A stretch of 64,000 bases of DNA from Patescibacteria group bacterium (GCA_024654575.1 JANLHG010000005.1:1260-65259), one strand, 5' to 3'; counted from the stretch's first letter, positions 9,139 through 18,980 are shown. Numbers and translations: made by a program. The notes: generated from the sequence alone by a model not told the origin.

Positions 9139-10524
9139 ATGAACACCAAAACCATTCAACCTAGGAGTTTAAGAATTCCTCCACAAAATATTGATGCTGA
9201 AAAAGCAGCTCTTGGTTCTATTATGTTAAGACCTGAAGCAATGCACGATGTAGTTGATATTATTCGTGGAGAATCTTTTTATGCAGAAAAACACCGACTC
9301 ATCTGGCAAACAATGCTTGATTTACAAAGCAAGAGTTCTCCTATTGATTTACTTTCTCTTTCTTCACGACTTAAAGAAAAGGGTTTATTAGACGCAATTG
9401 GCGGAATGTCGTATCTCACAGAAATTGCAGGTTTTGTCCCCTCTTCTACAAACGCAAACCATTATGCCGAAATTGTTCAAAAAAAATATATGATGCGGAG
9501 TCTAATTAATGCTTCGGAATATATTGGAGAGTTAGGTTTTGATGAAGCAGGAGAACTTGAAGAACTTTTGGAAAAAGCGGAAAAAAGAATTTTCGAAGTG
9601 ACAAATTATTCCGGTATTCATAAGTTTATTGAACTTAAAGATACTCTAGTTGAAGCATGGGATAGACTTGACACTCTTCACAAATCTAAAGATGAAATGA
9701 GAGGTGTTTCAACTGGTTTCAAAGAATTAGACCTAAAACTTGCTGGTCTGCAAAAATCCGACCTCATTATTCTAGCTGCTCGACCTTCTATGGGAAAAAC
9801 ATCTCTAGCTCTTGATATTGCTCGAAAATCAGCCACAAATCATAATGTGCCAGTAGGAATATTTTCTCTTGAAATGAGCTCCCAACAATTAGTAGATAGA
9901 ATGCTTGCCGCAGAATCACAGGTTGATTCTTGGAAACTACGAACTGGACAGAATCTTTCAATTGAGACAGATTTCAAACATATTCGTGATGCAATGGATA
10001 AATTATCAAAAGCACCGATTTATATTGATGATCAACCCGGAAATAACATTTTAAAAATGCGTTCTGTCGCACGACGTCTTAAAAGTGAAAAAGGATTAGG
10101 TCTAATTATCGTTGATTATTTACAATTAATGGTCCCAACTCAAGCACGACATTCCGACAATCTTGTTCAGCAAGTGACAGAAATATCTCGCTCTCTTAAA
10201 AATCTAGCCAGAGAATTAGATATCCCCGTTTTAGCCCTTTCTCAACTTTCTCGAGCCGTTGAACAACGTGGAGGTAGACCTCGCCTATCGGACTTGCGAG
10301 ATTCTGGTTCTATTGAACAAGATGCGGATGTGGTAATGTTTATACATCGTGAAGATAAATATAATGAAAATTCTGAAAGACCAAATATTGCCGAAATTCT
10401 TATCGAAAAACACAGAAATGGTCCTACTGGAAAAGTAGAACTATATTTTGATGAAAAGAAAACGACTTTCCTTAGTGTAGAAAAAACAGATTTCAAAGAT
10501 TTTGATAAAGAAGGAGGATTTTAA
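9139..10524 (+). CDS. dnaB: Replicative DNA helicase DnaB
   Basis: The N-terminal domain is PPQNIDAEKAALGSIML. The RecA-like core has Walker A (ARPSMGKTSLAL) and the LIIVDYLQLM motif. Length is 461 aa, so there is no intein. Confidence 0.92.
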   Translation: MNTKTIQPRSLRIPPQNIDAEKAALGSIMLRPEAMHDVVDIIRGESFYAEKHRLIWQTMLDLQSKSSPIDLLSLSSRLKEKGLLDAIGGMSYLTEIAGFVPSSTNANHYAEIVQKKYMMRSLINASEYIGELGFDEAGELEELLEKAEKRIFEVTNYSGIHKFIELKDTLVEAWDRLDTLHKSKDEMRGVSTGFKELDLKLAGLQKSDLIILAARPSMGKTSLALDIARKSATNHNVPVGIFSLEMSSQQLVDRMLAAESQVDSWKLRTGQNLSIETDFKHIRDAMDKLSKAPIYIDDQPGNNILKMRSVARRLKSEKGLGLIIVDYLQLMVPTQARHSDNLVQQVTEISRSLKNLARELDIPVLALSQLSRAVEQRGGRPRLSDLRDSGSIEQDADVVMFIHREDKYNENSERPNIAEILIEKHRNGPTGKVELYFDEKKTTFLSVEKTDFKDFDKEGGF

Positions 10525-10530
10525 AAAAAT

Positions 10531-11145
10531 ATGGATTCTATCAATAAACTTATTGAATATTTCAGTGAATTCCCAGGTATCGGTCCCAGACAAGCCAAAA
10601 GATTTGCTTTCTTTTTACTTACAAAAAATAAAAGTTATTTGGAATCACTGACCAAAAATATAACTGAACTTAAACAATCAATTCGCATTTGTGAAGAATG
10701 TTTTAGATTTTATACCAAAGATAAAAATGATTTACCTATTTGTAATATCTGCAAAAGTGTCAATCGTGATAATTCCATCATGATGATTGTAAGTAGAGAT
10801 GTTGATATGGAAACTATCGAAAAAAGTCATTCTTTCAACGGAAAATATTTTGTGCTTGGCGGAACAGTACCTATTCTTGATAAAAACCCAGAAATGAGAG
10901 TACGTTCACGGGAATTAATAAAAAGAATAGGTATTTTAGATGGTTCATTAAAAGAAATAATTTTAGCTCTAAACGCTAACTCCGAAGGCGAAAATACAAC
11001 TGATTATTTAAAATCTATTCTCTCTTCCATCACCGAAAAACATTCAATCAAAATATCTATTCTCGGCCGAGGGCTTTCCACAGGCACAGAACTAGAGTAT
11101 TCCGATTCCGATACCATCAAAAATGCTTTAAAAAATAGAGCTTAA
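10531..11145 (+). CDS. recR: Recombination protein RecR
   Basis: EFPGIGPRQAKRFAFFLL is the HhH motif. A C4 zinc finger (CEEC…CNIC) and a Toprim region are present. Length is 204 aa. Confidence 0.9.
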   Translation: MDSINKLIEYFSEFPGIGPRQAKRFAFFLLTKNKSYLESLTKNITELKQSIRICEECFRFYTKDKNDLPICNICKSVNRDNSIMMIVSRDVDMETIEKSHSFNGKYFVLGGTVPILDKNPEMRVRSRELIKRIGILDGSLKEIILALNANSEGENTTDYLKSILSSITEKHSIKISILGRGLSTGTELEYSDSDTIKNALKNRA

Positions 11146-11459
11146 CTAAACGACTCAATTTTAACTTTGAAAAAAGGTTGACGGTGGCCGTTTTTTTTGA
11201 AATAACGAGATTTTTGTTTGTATTTGATAACAGTTACTTTCGGTAATCTACCGATTTCAATAAGAGTAGCAGTTACTTTTGCATTTTCAATAAAAGGAGT
11301 ACCAATAGTAGTATCTTTACCATTATCAACAAGAAGTACCTTATCAAAAGTGATTTTATCACCTTCCTTTACATCACCGGGGATTTTCTCAATCTTGAGA
11401 GTATTTCCTACAGCGACCTTGTATTGCTTACCTCCTGTTTCTATTATCGCAAATTCCAT
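11142..11459 (-). CDS. rplU: 50S ribosomal protein L21
   Basis: MEFAIIETGGKQYKVAVGNTLKIEKI matches the L21 N-terminus (AVIKTGGKQYRV). Confidence 0.88.
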   Translation of the reverse strand: MEFAIIETGGKQYKVAVGNTLKIEKIPGDVKEGDKITFDKVLLVDNGKDTTIGTPFIENAKVTATLIEIGRLPKVTVIKYKQKSRYFKKNGHRQPFFKVKIESFS

Positions 11460-11509
11460 ATGCTTTCATTCTATACAAAGTGCTACAAAAAGCAAGTTTT
11501 TTAATAACT

Positions 11510-11550
11510 ATAAAAAAAAGCGGGTCGTTGCACAACGACCCGCTTCGCGA
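11510..11550 (-). terminator. Rho-independent terminator downstream of the lone mreB paralog
   Basis: The minus-strand reading is aagcgggtcgttgtgcaacgacccgc followed by tttttttt. Confidence 0.7.
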
Positions 11551-11675
11551 ACTCTTACTCACAACTCATCAACTATCTATTGAACTAAGGGCTAAACAGA
11601 GTTGCAACACCACCGGGGTGTCTAAAGTAAGAACCAGCTAAACCCACAGGACTACTGTTGATGATATCATATCCA

Positions 11676-12689
11676 CTATCTTTTTGCAAGGATACTTTTT
11701 TTATAAGTATCAAGATGTTCAAGAGCAATACCTGTACCTTTTGCTACACAAAATAAAGCGTCCTCTGCCAAAACCGCCTTAACGCCAGTTCTACGATAAA
11801 CAAGTTCTGGAAAATTACGAAGCATAGATGAACCACCTGTCATCGTAATACCAATATCTATTATGTCCGAAGCAAGTTCTGGCGGAGTTTCTTGCAAAAC
11901 ATCTTTAATAGCTTTCAACATTTCTCGTAATTCTTTACTTATAGCTTTTACTATTTCGTTTGTTTTTATCTCTGCTCCACGAGGCAATCCAGAAATAAAA
12001 TCCCTACCCTTCACTATCATTGAAAGTTCATCTTCAATAGGTACAGCCGAGCCAATTTTAATTTTTATATCTTCCGCCATTTTATCCCCTATAGCTAAAT
12101 TAAAGGTCTTTTTAATATAATCAGCGATAGCGTAATCAATCCTATTTCCAGCACATTTCACTGAGGTTGAAGAAACAATTCCTCCAAGTGATATCACTGC
12201 TACATCTGTCGTACCTCCACCTATATCAACAATCATATGTCCAACCGCCTCTTGAATTGGAATTCCAGCACCAATAGCTGCTAAAATCGGTTCTTTAACT
12301 ACATAGGCATTTTTAGCACCGGCTTTTATGGCTGCTTCAATAACTGCTCGTCTTTCAGTAGAAGTTACTCCAGCAGGTACCGAAACCATCACTTCAGGTT
12401 TCCAAATATTCCATTTACCCATAGCTTTATCAATAAAATACCTTAACATTGCCTCAGTAACTCGATAATCAGCAATCACTCCGTCCTTCATTGGACGATA
12501 AGCAATAATACTTTCAGGTGTCTTACCTATCATATTTTTTGCTTCAATACCAACAGCAATAATTCTATTATCTTGTTCCGAAACAGCCACGACTGACGGT
12601 TCATTCAACACAATTCCCTTCCCAGGCAAAAAAACCAAAGTATTAGCAGTACCCAAATCAATTCCTAATTTTTTAGAAAATAGAGACAT
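11676..12689 (-). CDS. mreB: Rod shape-determining protein MreB paralog (Mbl-like), not part of the mreBCD operon
   Basis: GIDLGTANTLVF…NEPSVVAV… is the actin-fold phosphate-1 motif. The sequence also shares DIGGGTTD with MreB, and the overall pattern matches MreB. Confidence 0.88.
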   Translation of the reverse strand: MSLFSKKLGIDLGTANTLVFLPGKGIVLNEPSVVAVSEQDNRIIAVGIEAKNMIGKTPESIIAYRPMKDGVIADYRVTEAMLRYFIDKAMGKWNIWKPEVMVSVPAGVTSTERRAVIEAAIKAGAKNAYVVKEPILAAIGAGIPIQEAVGHMIVDIGGGTTDVAVISLGGIVSSTSVKCAGNRIDYAIADYIKKTFNLAIGDKMAEDIKIKIGSAVPIEDELSMIVKGRDFISGLPRGAEIKTNEIVKAISKELREMLKAIKDVLQETPPELASDIIDIGITMTGGSSMLRNFPELVYRRTGVKAVLAEDALFCVAKGTGIALEHLDTYKKSILAKR

Positions 12690-12720
12690 ATTCCTTATAT
12701 AATACGGTATATGCTATAGT

Positions 12721-14046
12721 ATGCAAATGAAAATTGATAATGACACAAGTGCATTAAATCTCAAAATTGAAGGTGGTCATAAACTTTCAGGTGAAGTAAC
12801 CACCAAAAGCTCAAAAAATGCTGGCGTTGGGCTTCTTTGTGCTTCTATTCTGAATAAAAATAAAACCGTTTTAAAAAATATGCCTCGTATTGAGGAAGTC
12901 AATAGAATTATGGAAGTACTTAATAGTATTGGAGCACAAGCAAGATGGATTGGTAATGATGTAGAAATAAATCCTAAAAATATAAATCTCAAAAATCTAA
13001 ATATTGAGGCCGCTATAAAAACTAGAAGTATCATCATGCTCATCGGTCCTCTTATCCATCTTTTTAAAAAATTTGAATTACCACAGGCTGGTGGATGTAA
13101 ACTTGGTTCACGAACCGTCAAACCACATTTTTTTGCTTTAGAAAAATTGGGGGTAAATATTGTAACCAAACAAAAAACATACCAAATCACTTCAAAAAAA
13201 TTACAAGCAAATGATGTTGTGATGTATGAATCAGGTGATACGGTTACGGAAAATACAATCATGACAGCTTCGCGAATTCCCGGAAAAACAACTATAAAAT
13301 TCGCTTCAGCAAATTATATGGTGCAAGATTTATGTTTTTTTCTTCGTTCACTTGGAGTAAAAATTGATGGTATAGGCACGACGACATTAACCATTGAAGG
13401 TAAACCAGAAATTGATACTCCAATTTCCTATTCCATAAGTGAAGACCCTATAGAATCAATGTTTTTTATAGCCACAGCAATTGTCACAAAATCATCAATC
13501 ATAATTAGAAGATGTCCGATTGATTTTTTAGAAATTGAATTATTAAAACTTGAAAAAATGGGTTTCAAATATAAAATTCTGAAAAAATACAAAGCAAATA
13601 ATGAAGAAACAAATCTTGTTGATATCAAAACTTTTTCATCAAAACTAACAGCTCTTGAAGAAAAAATAGAATCACGACCTTATCCGGGATTGAATATTGA
13701 TAACCTTCCATTTTTTGCAATAATCGGAACTCAAGCCAAAGGTCAGACATTTATCCACGACTGGGTTTACGAAAAACGAGCTATTTATTATAAAGAATTA
13801 GACAAGCTTGGCGCAGATACCATTCTTGCTGACCCGCATCGTTTTTATGTTACAGGACCAACAAAACTAAAAGCGACCGAAGCTATCTGTCCACCAGCTC
13901 TGCGTCCAGCCGTGCTTCTTTTAATCGGAATGTTAGGGGCTGAAGGCATTTCTATTTTAAGAAATGTTTACAACATCAATCGCGGTTATGAAGACCTTGC
14001 TAACCGCCTAAACGCCATCGGCGCGAAGATTGAGATAATATCATGA
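12721..14046 (+). CDS. murA: UDP-N-acetylglucosamine 1-carboxyvinyltransferase MurA
   Basis: Has the EPT-family architecture and an N-terminus of the L…I.GG..L.G.V..…KN type. Length is 441 aa. It lies next to the peptidoglycan genes. Confidence 0.85.
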   Translation: MQMKIDNDTSALNLKIEGGHKLSGEVTTKSSKNAGVGLLCASILNKNKTVLKNMPRIEEVNRIMEVLNSIGAQARWIGNDVEINPKNINLKNLNIEAAIKTRSIIMLIGPLIHLFKKFELPQAGGCKLGSRTVKPHFFALEKLGVNIVTKQKTYQITSKKLQANDVVMYESGDTVTENTIMTASRIPGKTTIKFASANYMVQDLCFFLRSLGVKIDGIGTTTLTIEGKPEIDTPISYSISEDPIESMFFIATAIVTKSSIIIRRCPIDFLEIELLKLEKMGFKYKILKKYKANNEETNLVDIKTFSSKLTALEEKIESRPYPGLNIDNLPFFAIIGTQAKGQTFIHDWVYEKRAIYYKELDKLGADTILADPHRFYVTGPTKLKATEAICPPALRPAVLLLIGMLGAEGISILRNVYNINRGYEDLANRLNAIGAKIEIIS

Positions 14047-15941
14047 ACATAATTAAAGTCATTCCTATTTCTCGCGGAATCGGAAAAGAAACACTTTCAT
14101 ATTTTACCGGTGCAGAGATAAAAATAGGAGATATTGTTGAAGCACCATTGCGAAATAAAAAAATTAGTGCTCTTGTTGTTGATATAAAAGATGTGGCAAA
14201 TGTAAAATCTGAAATTAAAAATGCTGATTTTGTAACTAGAAAAGCTAATGTAGTAAAAATCAGAAATCTTTTATCTCCAGAGTTTATAGAAGCATCATAT
14301 GATACTGCAAAATATTTTGCATCAAACTCTGGAAGTATTTTGAATTCATTAATTTCCAAAATCATACTTGAAAATGAAGAAAAAGAAAGTCGGTTACCCA
14401 TTCCAACAACAACCTCTAAAAATCTTTCAGAAAAATATGCTATGCAAGGAGATGACGATGAGCGGTTTGCGAGTTACAGAAGTCATATACGTCAACAATT
14501 TGCTAAGAAAAAATCAGTATTTTTTTGTGTTCCCACAATTGAAGATGCTAAAAAATCCCTAAAAAAATTAGAAAAAGGAATTGAAGATTATACTTTTGTT
14601 CTACATAGTAAATTAAAGAAAAAAGAAATAATTTCTCTGTGGAAAAAAATAATTGAAGAAAAACACCCCACACTCATAATCAGCACACCTAGTTTTATAG
14701 CAATACCGAGAAATGATATTGGTACTATCATCGTGGAAAAGGAAAACGCTAAAAACTATAAAACATTGATACGCCCCTATTTTGACATTAGATATTTTAT
14801 GGAAAAATATGCCGAAAAAATAGGAGCGCAAATTATATTTGGGGATATTCTTTTGAGAATTGAAACATTGTGGAGAGAAGAAGAAGGTGAGATTTTAAAA
14901 GCCACACCATTCAAATTTCGTTCTCTTTTTAATTCAGAAGAAACTTTAGTAGACATGCGAAAATACAAAACCAAAAAAGGTATTTTCAAAATAGCTGGTG
15001 AAGAAATAGAAGAACTCATAAAAAATAATAAAGCCAACAGTCATCGCTTATTTATTTTTGCTGTAAGACGAGGAATAGCACCGAGTGCTTTATGCGCTGA
15101 TTGTCAAAATATTGTGATGTGTGACAATTGTGACTCCCCCGTCATTCTTCATAGTTCAAAAACTAATAATGATGCAGAAAACTATTTTTCATGTCATCAT
15201 TGTGGAAAAAAACGGAGTGCAGATGAGGTATGTAAAGTTTGTGGAAGCTGGAAATTAGCGACAATTGGTATTGGGATTGAACTTGTGGAAGAAAAAATCA
15301 AGCAACGATTTCCAGATATAAAAATATTTCGTATTGATTCTGATTCTATAAAAACAGAAAAACAACTAACCAAAACAATTCAATCGTTTTATAATTCCCC
15401 CGGTAGTATTCTTGTTGGCACAGAAATGGCTTTGTCCTATTTAAATGAAAAAATTGAAAACTCCGCTATTATATCTATTGATTCTCTTTTTTCTATTCCC
15501 GATTTCAAAATACATGAAAAAATTCTATACACTTTATTAAAAATAAGAAACATCACTTCTCAAACATTCATCATTCAAACTAGAAATCCTGACGAAAAAG
15601 TTTTGGAATATGCTTTGAAAGGAAATTTAATAGATTTTTATAGAAAAGAAATAATTGATAGAAAATCCTTTGATTACCCACCATTTTCAATTCTTATTAA
15701 AATAACAATTGAGGGCGAAAAAAATAAAATAATAAAAGAAATGGAAAATGTTAAAAATATTCTTTTACCTTTTACTATTGATATATTTCAGGCCTTCACT
15801 AAAACAGTCAAAAATAAATCTGTCCTCCATTCTCTTATTAAAATTCCTAGAAACAAATGGCCTGACTCAGAACTTCTAGAAAAGCTCTATTCCCTACCTC
15901 AATACGTAGCGATTAAGGTAGACCCAGATAATTTGCTATAA
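14043..15941 (+). CDS. priA: Primosomal protein N' (PriA)-like; Cys4 zinc-binding region present but Walker A/DExH helicase motifs not evident
   Basis: The N-terminal 3'-DNA-binding-domain pattern and VLHS…IISTPSFIA…IVEKE… align by eye to PriA motifs Ia-III. CxxC…CxxC clusters are present (CADCQ…CDNCD…CHHCG…CKVCG). No GxGKT is found and the DEEH position reads VEKE. Confidence 0.65.
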   Translation: MNIIKVIPISRGIGKETLSYFTGAEIKIGDIVEAPLRNKKISALVVDIKDVANVKSEIKNADFVTRKANVVKIRNLLSPEFIEASYDTAKYFASNSGSILNSLISKIILENEEKESRLPIPTTTSKNLSEKYAMQGDDDERFASYRSHIRQQFAKKKSVFFCVPTIEDAKKSLKKLEKGIEDYTFVLHSKLKKKEIISLWKKIIEEKHPTLIISTPSFIAIPRNDIGTIIVEKENAKNYKTLIRPYFDIRYFMEKYAEKIGAQIIFGDILLRIETLWREEEGEILKATPFKFRSLFNSEETLVDMRKYKTKKGIFKIAGEEIEELIKNNKANSHRLFIFAVRRGIAPSALCADCQNIVMCDNCDSPVILHSSKTNNDAENYFSCHHCGKKRSADEVCKVCGSWKLATIGIGIELVEEKIKQRFPDIKIFRIDSDSIKTEKQLTKTIQSFYNSPGSILVGTEMALSYLNEKIENSAIISIDSLFSIPDFKIHEKILYTLLKIRNITSQTFIIQTRNPDEKVLEYALKGNLIDFYRKEIIDRKSFDYPPFSILIKITIEGEKNKIIKEMENVKNILLPFTIDIFQAFTKTVKNKSVLHSLIKIPRNKWPDSELLEKLYSLPQYVAIKVDPDNLL

Positions 15942-15950
15942 TATATCCAT

Positions 15951-16463
15951 ATGGTAGAAATTGTTCAACAAAATAACCCTATTTTAAGAAAAATTGCCAA
16001 GGCAGTGCCTATTAATGATATTTCATCTATAAAAATTCAAAATATTATAAAAAATATGAAAGAAGCTTTAGCTTCTCAAAAAGATGGGGTAGCTATAGCA
16101 GCACCTCAAATCGGCGTGTCTTTGAGAATTTTTGTAGTATCTGGTTTGATACTAAAACAGGCTGATGAAAAATATAAAGACATCGAAAAAGATTTAATTT
16201 TTATAAACCCTGAAATTTCAAAACTTTCTCGTAAAAAAGAAACCGTTGAAGAAGGTTGTCTATCTGTACGATGGCTTTATGGAAAAATATCACGATCCAT
16301 AAAAGCGACAATCAAAGCCTACGATGAAAATGGAAATTTGTTTGAAAGAGGTGCTTCTGGAATTTTAGCACAAATATTTCAACACGAAACAGACCATTTA
16401 AACGGGATACTCTTTACAGATAACGCTAAAGATATAGAAGAAATTAATCCAAAAGAAAAATAA
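15951..16463 (+). CDS. def: Peptide deformylase
   Basis: Contains the EGCLSV motif and the QHETDHLNG (HExxH) motif. Confidence 0.9.
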   Translation: MVEIVQQNNPILRKIAKAVPINDISSIKIQNIIKNMKEALASQKDGVAIAAPQIGVSLRIFVVSGLILKQADEKYKDIEKDLIFINPEISKLSRKKETVEEGCLSVRWLYGKISRSIKATIKAYDENGNLFERGASGILAQIFQHETDHLNGILFTDNAKDIEEINPKEK

Positions 16464-17305
16464 TGAAAAAACCAATTAATTTTGCCTTTTTTGGAACACC
16501 AGATAGAGCAGTGTGGGCACTTGATACGCTTCATGCTTTAGGCTTCACGCCTCGTGTTATTATCACTCAACCAGATAAACCTCAAGGAAGAAAACTAATA
16601 ATAACTCCACCACCAGCCAAAGTTTGGGCGTTTGAACATAATATTCCTATATTACAACCAGAAAAATTGGATTCTGAATTTGCTAATAAATTAATTTCCG
16701 CCTCTTGTGACCTGTTTATAGTAGTTGCTTACGGTAAAATTATTCCTCAAAATATTTTAGATATACCAAAATACGGCGCATTAAATATTCACGGTTCATT
16801 ATTACCAAAATATCGAGGAGCTTCACCTGTAGAAATGGCAATTCTTAACGACGACAAGGAAACAGGCGTTAGTATAATTCTCATGGACGAAAAAATGGAC
16901 CATGGACCGATTGTAACAAAAGATAAAGTAACCATTGAAAATTGGCCACCAACTTCAGATGAATTAGCTAAAAAAATTATCCAAAAAGGTGCTGAACTAC
17001 TAATTAATATACTCCCAAAATGGATTTCTGGAGAAATCAAACTAGTAGAACAAGATCATTCAAAAGCCACATTTACTAAAAAAATAAAAAAGGAAGATGG
17101 ATTAATAAACTTTAATGATGAGTCCTATAAAAATTACCTCAAAATTCAAGCATACAAAAATTGGCCTGGAACTTATTTTTTTATCAACGAAAAAAGAATT
17201 ATCATAAAATCTGCCGACTACAAAGAAAACACACTAAAAATCAGACGAATCATTCCTGAAGGAAAAAAAGAAATGGATTATGAAGAATTTATTAAAAATC
17301 AATAA
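16463..17305 (+). CDS. fmt: Methionyl-tRNA formyltransferase
   Basis: FFGTPD begins the N-domain. HGSLLPKYRGASP is the formyltransferase catalytic motif. The gene sits in a def-fmt tandem. Confidence 0.9.
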   Translation: MKKPINFAFFGTPDRAVWALDTLHALGFTPRVIITQPDKPQGRKLIITPPPAKVWAFEHNIPILQPEKLDSEFANKLISASCDLFIVVAYGKIIPQNILDIPKYGALNIHGSLLPKYRGASPVEMAILNDDKETGVSIILMDEKMDHGPIVTKDKVTIENWPPTSDELAKKIIQKGAELLINILPKWISGEIKLVEQDHSKATFTKKIKKEDGLINFNDESYKNYLKIQAYKNWPGTYFFINEKRIIIKSADYKENTLKIRRIIPEGKKEMDYEEFIKNQ

Positions 17306-17457
17306 TCTTCTACGCTCATTCCTTGATAATTTACCCACGCTGTACCAATGACATCTGCTCTGTACGCCACATACCAGATTCCAGTAGAGATAAGAACTAA
17401 ACCTAACAACATAAAAATTGAAATATTCGGACTAAATCTTTTTTGAATAATATCCAT
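17299..17457 (-). CDS. Candidate small membrane protein (about 52 aa), not in the ORF track
   Basis: The minus-strand ORF reads MDIIQKRFSPNISIFMLLGLVLISTGIWYVAYRADVIGTAWVNYQGMSVEDY*. It has one TM helix and overlaps the fmt stop. Confidence 0.2.
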   Translation of the reverse strand: MDIIQKRFSPNISIFMLLGLVLISTGIWYVAYRADVIGTAWVNYQGMSVEDY

Positions 17458-17462
17458 ATTTA

Positions 17463-17840
17463 TTAAATATTTTTAATACTTTTTTTAATTTTAGCACCGA
17501 TTTTTCTAGAAGTTTTAATCGTTTTCTTTTTCACAGATACAATTTCCCTTTCTATCTCTTTTTTAACAATATCAATTGCAGTGTAGAGATCCTCATTTTC
17601 TGACGAAGCATAAAAACTTTTCGGTTTAACGTAGATATTAACTTCCGCTCTAAAAATATCTCCATGTTTATGATGACGAGTAGTTCTACCTACTTCAACA
17701 GCACAAACCATATCATCACTTTCTTTTTTTATAAATTTTTCAAGTGCACCAAAATGCTTACGAACATATTCTTCAATTGCTGTTGTGAGGGTAATATTTT
17801 TTGTTTTGATAGTGATGTTCATATTTACATTATAGCACAT
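17463..17840 (-). CDS. hpf: Ribosome hibernation-promoting factor (HPF/RaiA, S30AE family)
   Basis: MNITIKTKNITLTTAIEEYVRKHFGALEKF matches the HPF N-terminus. The true start is probably the MNITIK Met at about 17822. Confidence 0.8.
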   Translation of the reverse strand: MCYNVNMNITIKTKNITLTTAIEEYVRKHFGALEKFIKKESDDMVCAVEVGRTTRHHKHGDIFRAEVNIYVKPKSFYASSENEDLYTAIDIVKKEIEREIVSVKKKTIKTSRKIGAKIKKSIKNI

Positions 17841-17841
17841 C

Positions 17842-18057
17842 TCAATCCCCTACACTTATAATTTTACTTGGACTATGATGTCCGCTTACTATTCTTATTT
17901 TACCGGTTTTAAAATACTTCTTCATTACCTCAACAACTCGCCTGTTCGCCATATTTCTTTCCGCTTTTTCTCTAATCCATATTTCAAAATGGTCTTCAGA
18001 AATCTTATTAATTTTCTCTTTTTTAGCGTTAGTAACCACTCGAAGTTTTATATACAT
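17842..18057 (-). CDS. DUF167 (YggU/UPF0235) family protein
   Basis: …LRVVTNAKKEKI…GHHSPSKIISV follows the DUF167 pattern (V.V.PnAk……G..s..K.v.i). Length is 71 aa. Confidence 0.65.
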   Translation of the reverse strand: MYIKLRVVTNAKKEKINKISEDHFEIWIREKAERNMANRRVVEVMKKYFKTGKIRIVSGHHSPSKIISVGD

Positions 18058-18110
18058 AAATGAATTATTTCACTTTTTTACCAAAAATGCTATGATACAA
18101 ATATTCCGGC

Positions 18111-18185
18111 GTGGCGCAGCGGTAGAGTGAAGAAGCGAATACTTGGAGCTTCTGCAAGGCCGGAGCGTGACGGCGCGAGGCAGGG
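18111..18185 (+). pseudogene. Degenerate tRNA-like fragment (pseudo-tRNA related to the adjacent tRNA-Asn 5' half)
   Basis: TCCGGCGTGGCGCAGCGGTAGAGTG…AAGCGAATACTTGG aligns to the tRNA-Asn 5' portion TCCGGTGTAGCTCAGCGGTAGAGCA…TAAGCGATTGG. It does not fold into a cloverleaf. Confidence 0.35.
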
Positions 18186-18256
18186 TCGAAATATTTTTTA
18201 TCAAAAAAATACTTTTGACGGCACCTGTTTTTATAATTTTAAAAATCGTATTGTGT

Positions 18257-18332
18257 GCTCCGGTGTAGCTCAGCGGTAGAGCAGTCGCCTGTTAAGCGAT
18301 TGGTCGCAGGTTCGATCCCTGCCGCCGGAGCA
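18257..18332 (+). tRNA. tRNA-Asn (anticodon GTT)
   Basis: Cloverleaf by eye: acceptor TCCGGTG/CGCCGGA, D arm GCTC-AGCGGTA-GAGC, anticodon stem GTCGC/GCGAT with loop CTGTTAA, T arm GCAGG-TTCGATC-CCTGC, discriminator G73. No encoded CCA. Confidence 0.85.
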
Positions 18333-18355
18333 GACAATAGGATTTAAATCATGTG

Positions 18356-18395
18356 TAAGCGATTGGTCGTTGGTTCGAATCCAACCGCCGGAGCA
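18356..18395 (+). repeat. Duplicated tRNA 3' half (anticodon-loop to 3' end) with compensatory T-stem substitutions, att-like
   Basis: TAAGCGATTGGTCG-TTGG-TTCGAAT-CCAA-CCGCCGGAGCA compared with tRNA-Asn TAAGCGATTGGTCG-CAGG-TTCGATC-CCTG-CCGCCGGAGCA. T-stem pairing is preserved despite different bases. It lies 24 nt after the intact tRNA. Confidence 0.7.
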
Positions 18396-18476
18396 GTTGA
18401 CAAGTATATTTAACTATGATTAGATAACATAATAGTAGTTTTTTGACATATTTTTTGGTAGTTAGCTATTTTTCTT

Positions 18477-18866
18477 ATGAACCCGATAACAAATCAACTG
18501 CGTACGATGTATGAGGAAGAGGTTGCTGACATACGACGTAAAAAACATTACAGCAATCCAAAACTTGACCTTGAAGATATTCTGAAAAAGAGTGTTCTCC
18601 TGGGTACAGTTTCAGACCACTTCAATAGATTTATGGCTGTAATGGATTTATTCGATAAAAATAAGCTCAAAACTGGAGAGGACTATTTCTATGCTTCATT
18701 TATCTTAAGTCAAGAAGATGAAGCTCCAAATTTAGCCCTTGGTTGCATGTTGGCACAAGCATCAGGGAAACTAAATTTTTCCGGAAATATAGACGTCCCT
18801 GATGTTGACGAATACATCAAGTGTCTACAAGATGCATTCTTCACCAGACTTACTGGTATAAATTAA
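18477..18866 (+). CDS. Hypothetical protein (129 aa)
   Basis: Has an intact ORF with a downstream terminator. No recognisable motif. Confidence 0.45.
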   Translation: MNPITNQLRTMYEEEVADIRRKKHYSNPKLDLEDILKKSVLLGTVSDHFNRFMAVMDLFDKNKLKTGEDYFYASFILSQEDEAPNLALGCMLAQASGKLNFSGNIDVPDVDEYIKCLQDAFFTRLTGIN

Positions 18867-18876
18867 CCTATCACTG

Positions 18877-18927
18877 CCCCTCAAAGACTGCCACGATGGC
18901 ACTTTGTTGGGGTAGTTTTTTTATACA
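18877..18927 (+). terminator. Rho-independent terminator (imperfect long hairpin plus T7)
   Basis: cccctcaaagactgccacgatggcactttgttgggg followed by tagttttttt. Confidence 0.55.
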
Positions 18928-18980
18928 AAACTAAACATCCTCATTTCCTTTTCAATAACAGATCAACTAATAATTCTAAT

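Noticed and set aside
9139-10524. Intein in DnaB (common in some lineages)
   Set aside because: The protein is 461 aa with contiguous helicase motifs and no insertion.
12777-13262. 161-aa minus-strand ORF inside murA, and similar overlapping ORFs (for example 22769-22951, 6369-6710, 30167-30706)
   Set aside because: They lie fully inside well-supported genes on the opposite strand or in an alternate frame. Their translations are hydrophobic and low-complexity, as expected from AT-rich antisense sequence.
18111-18185. A functional second tRNA, tmRNA or SRP RNA upstream of tRNA-Asn
   Set aside because: It shares the D-arm and part of the anticodon-arm sequence with tRNA-Asn but cannot form acceptor or T arms. 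No tmRNA (GGGG…ACCA) or SRP domain IV (GGAAGCAGCCAAGG) consensus is present. It is best explained as a decayed tRNA fragment.
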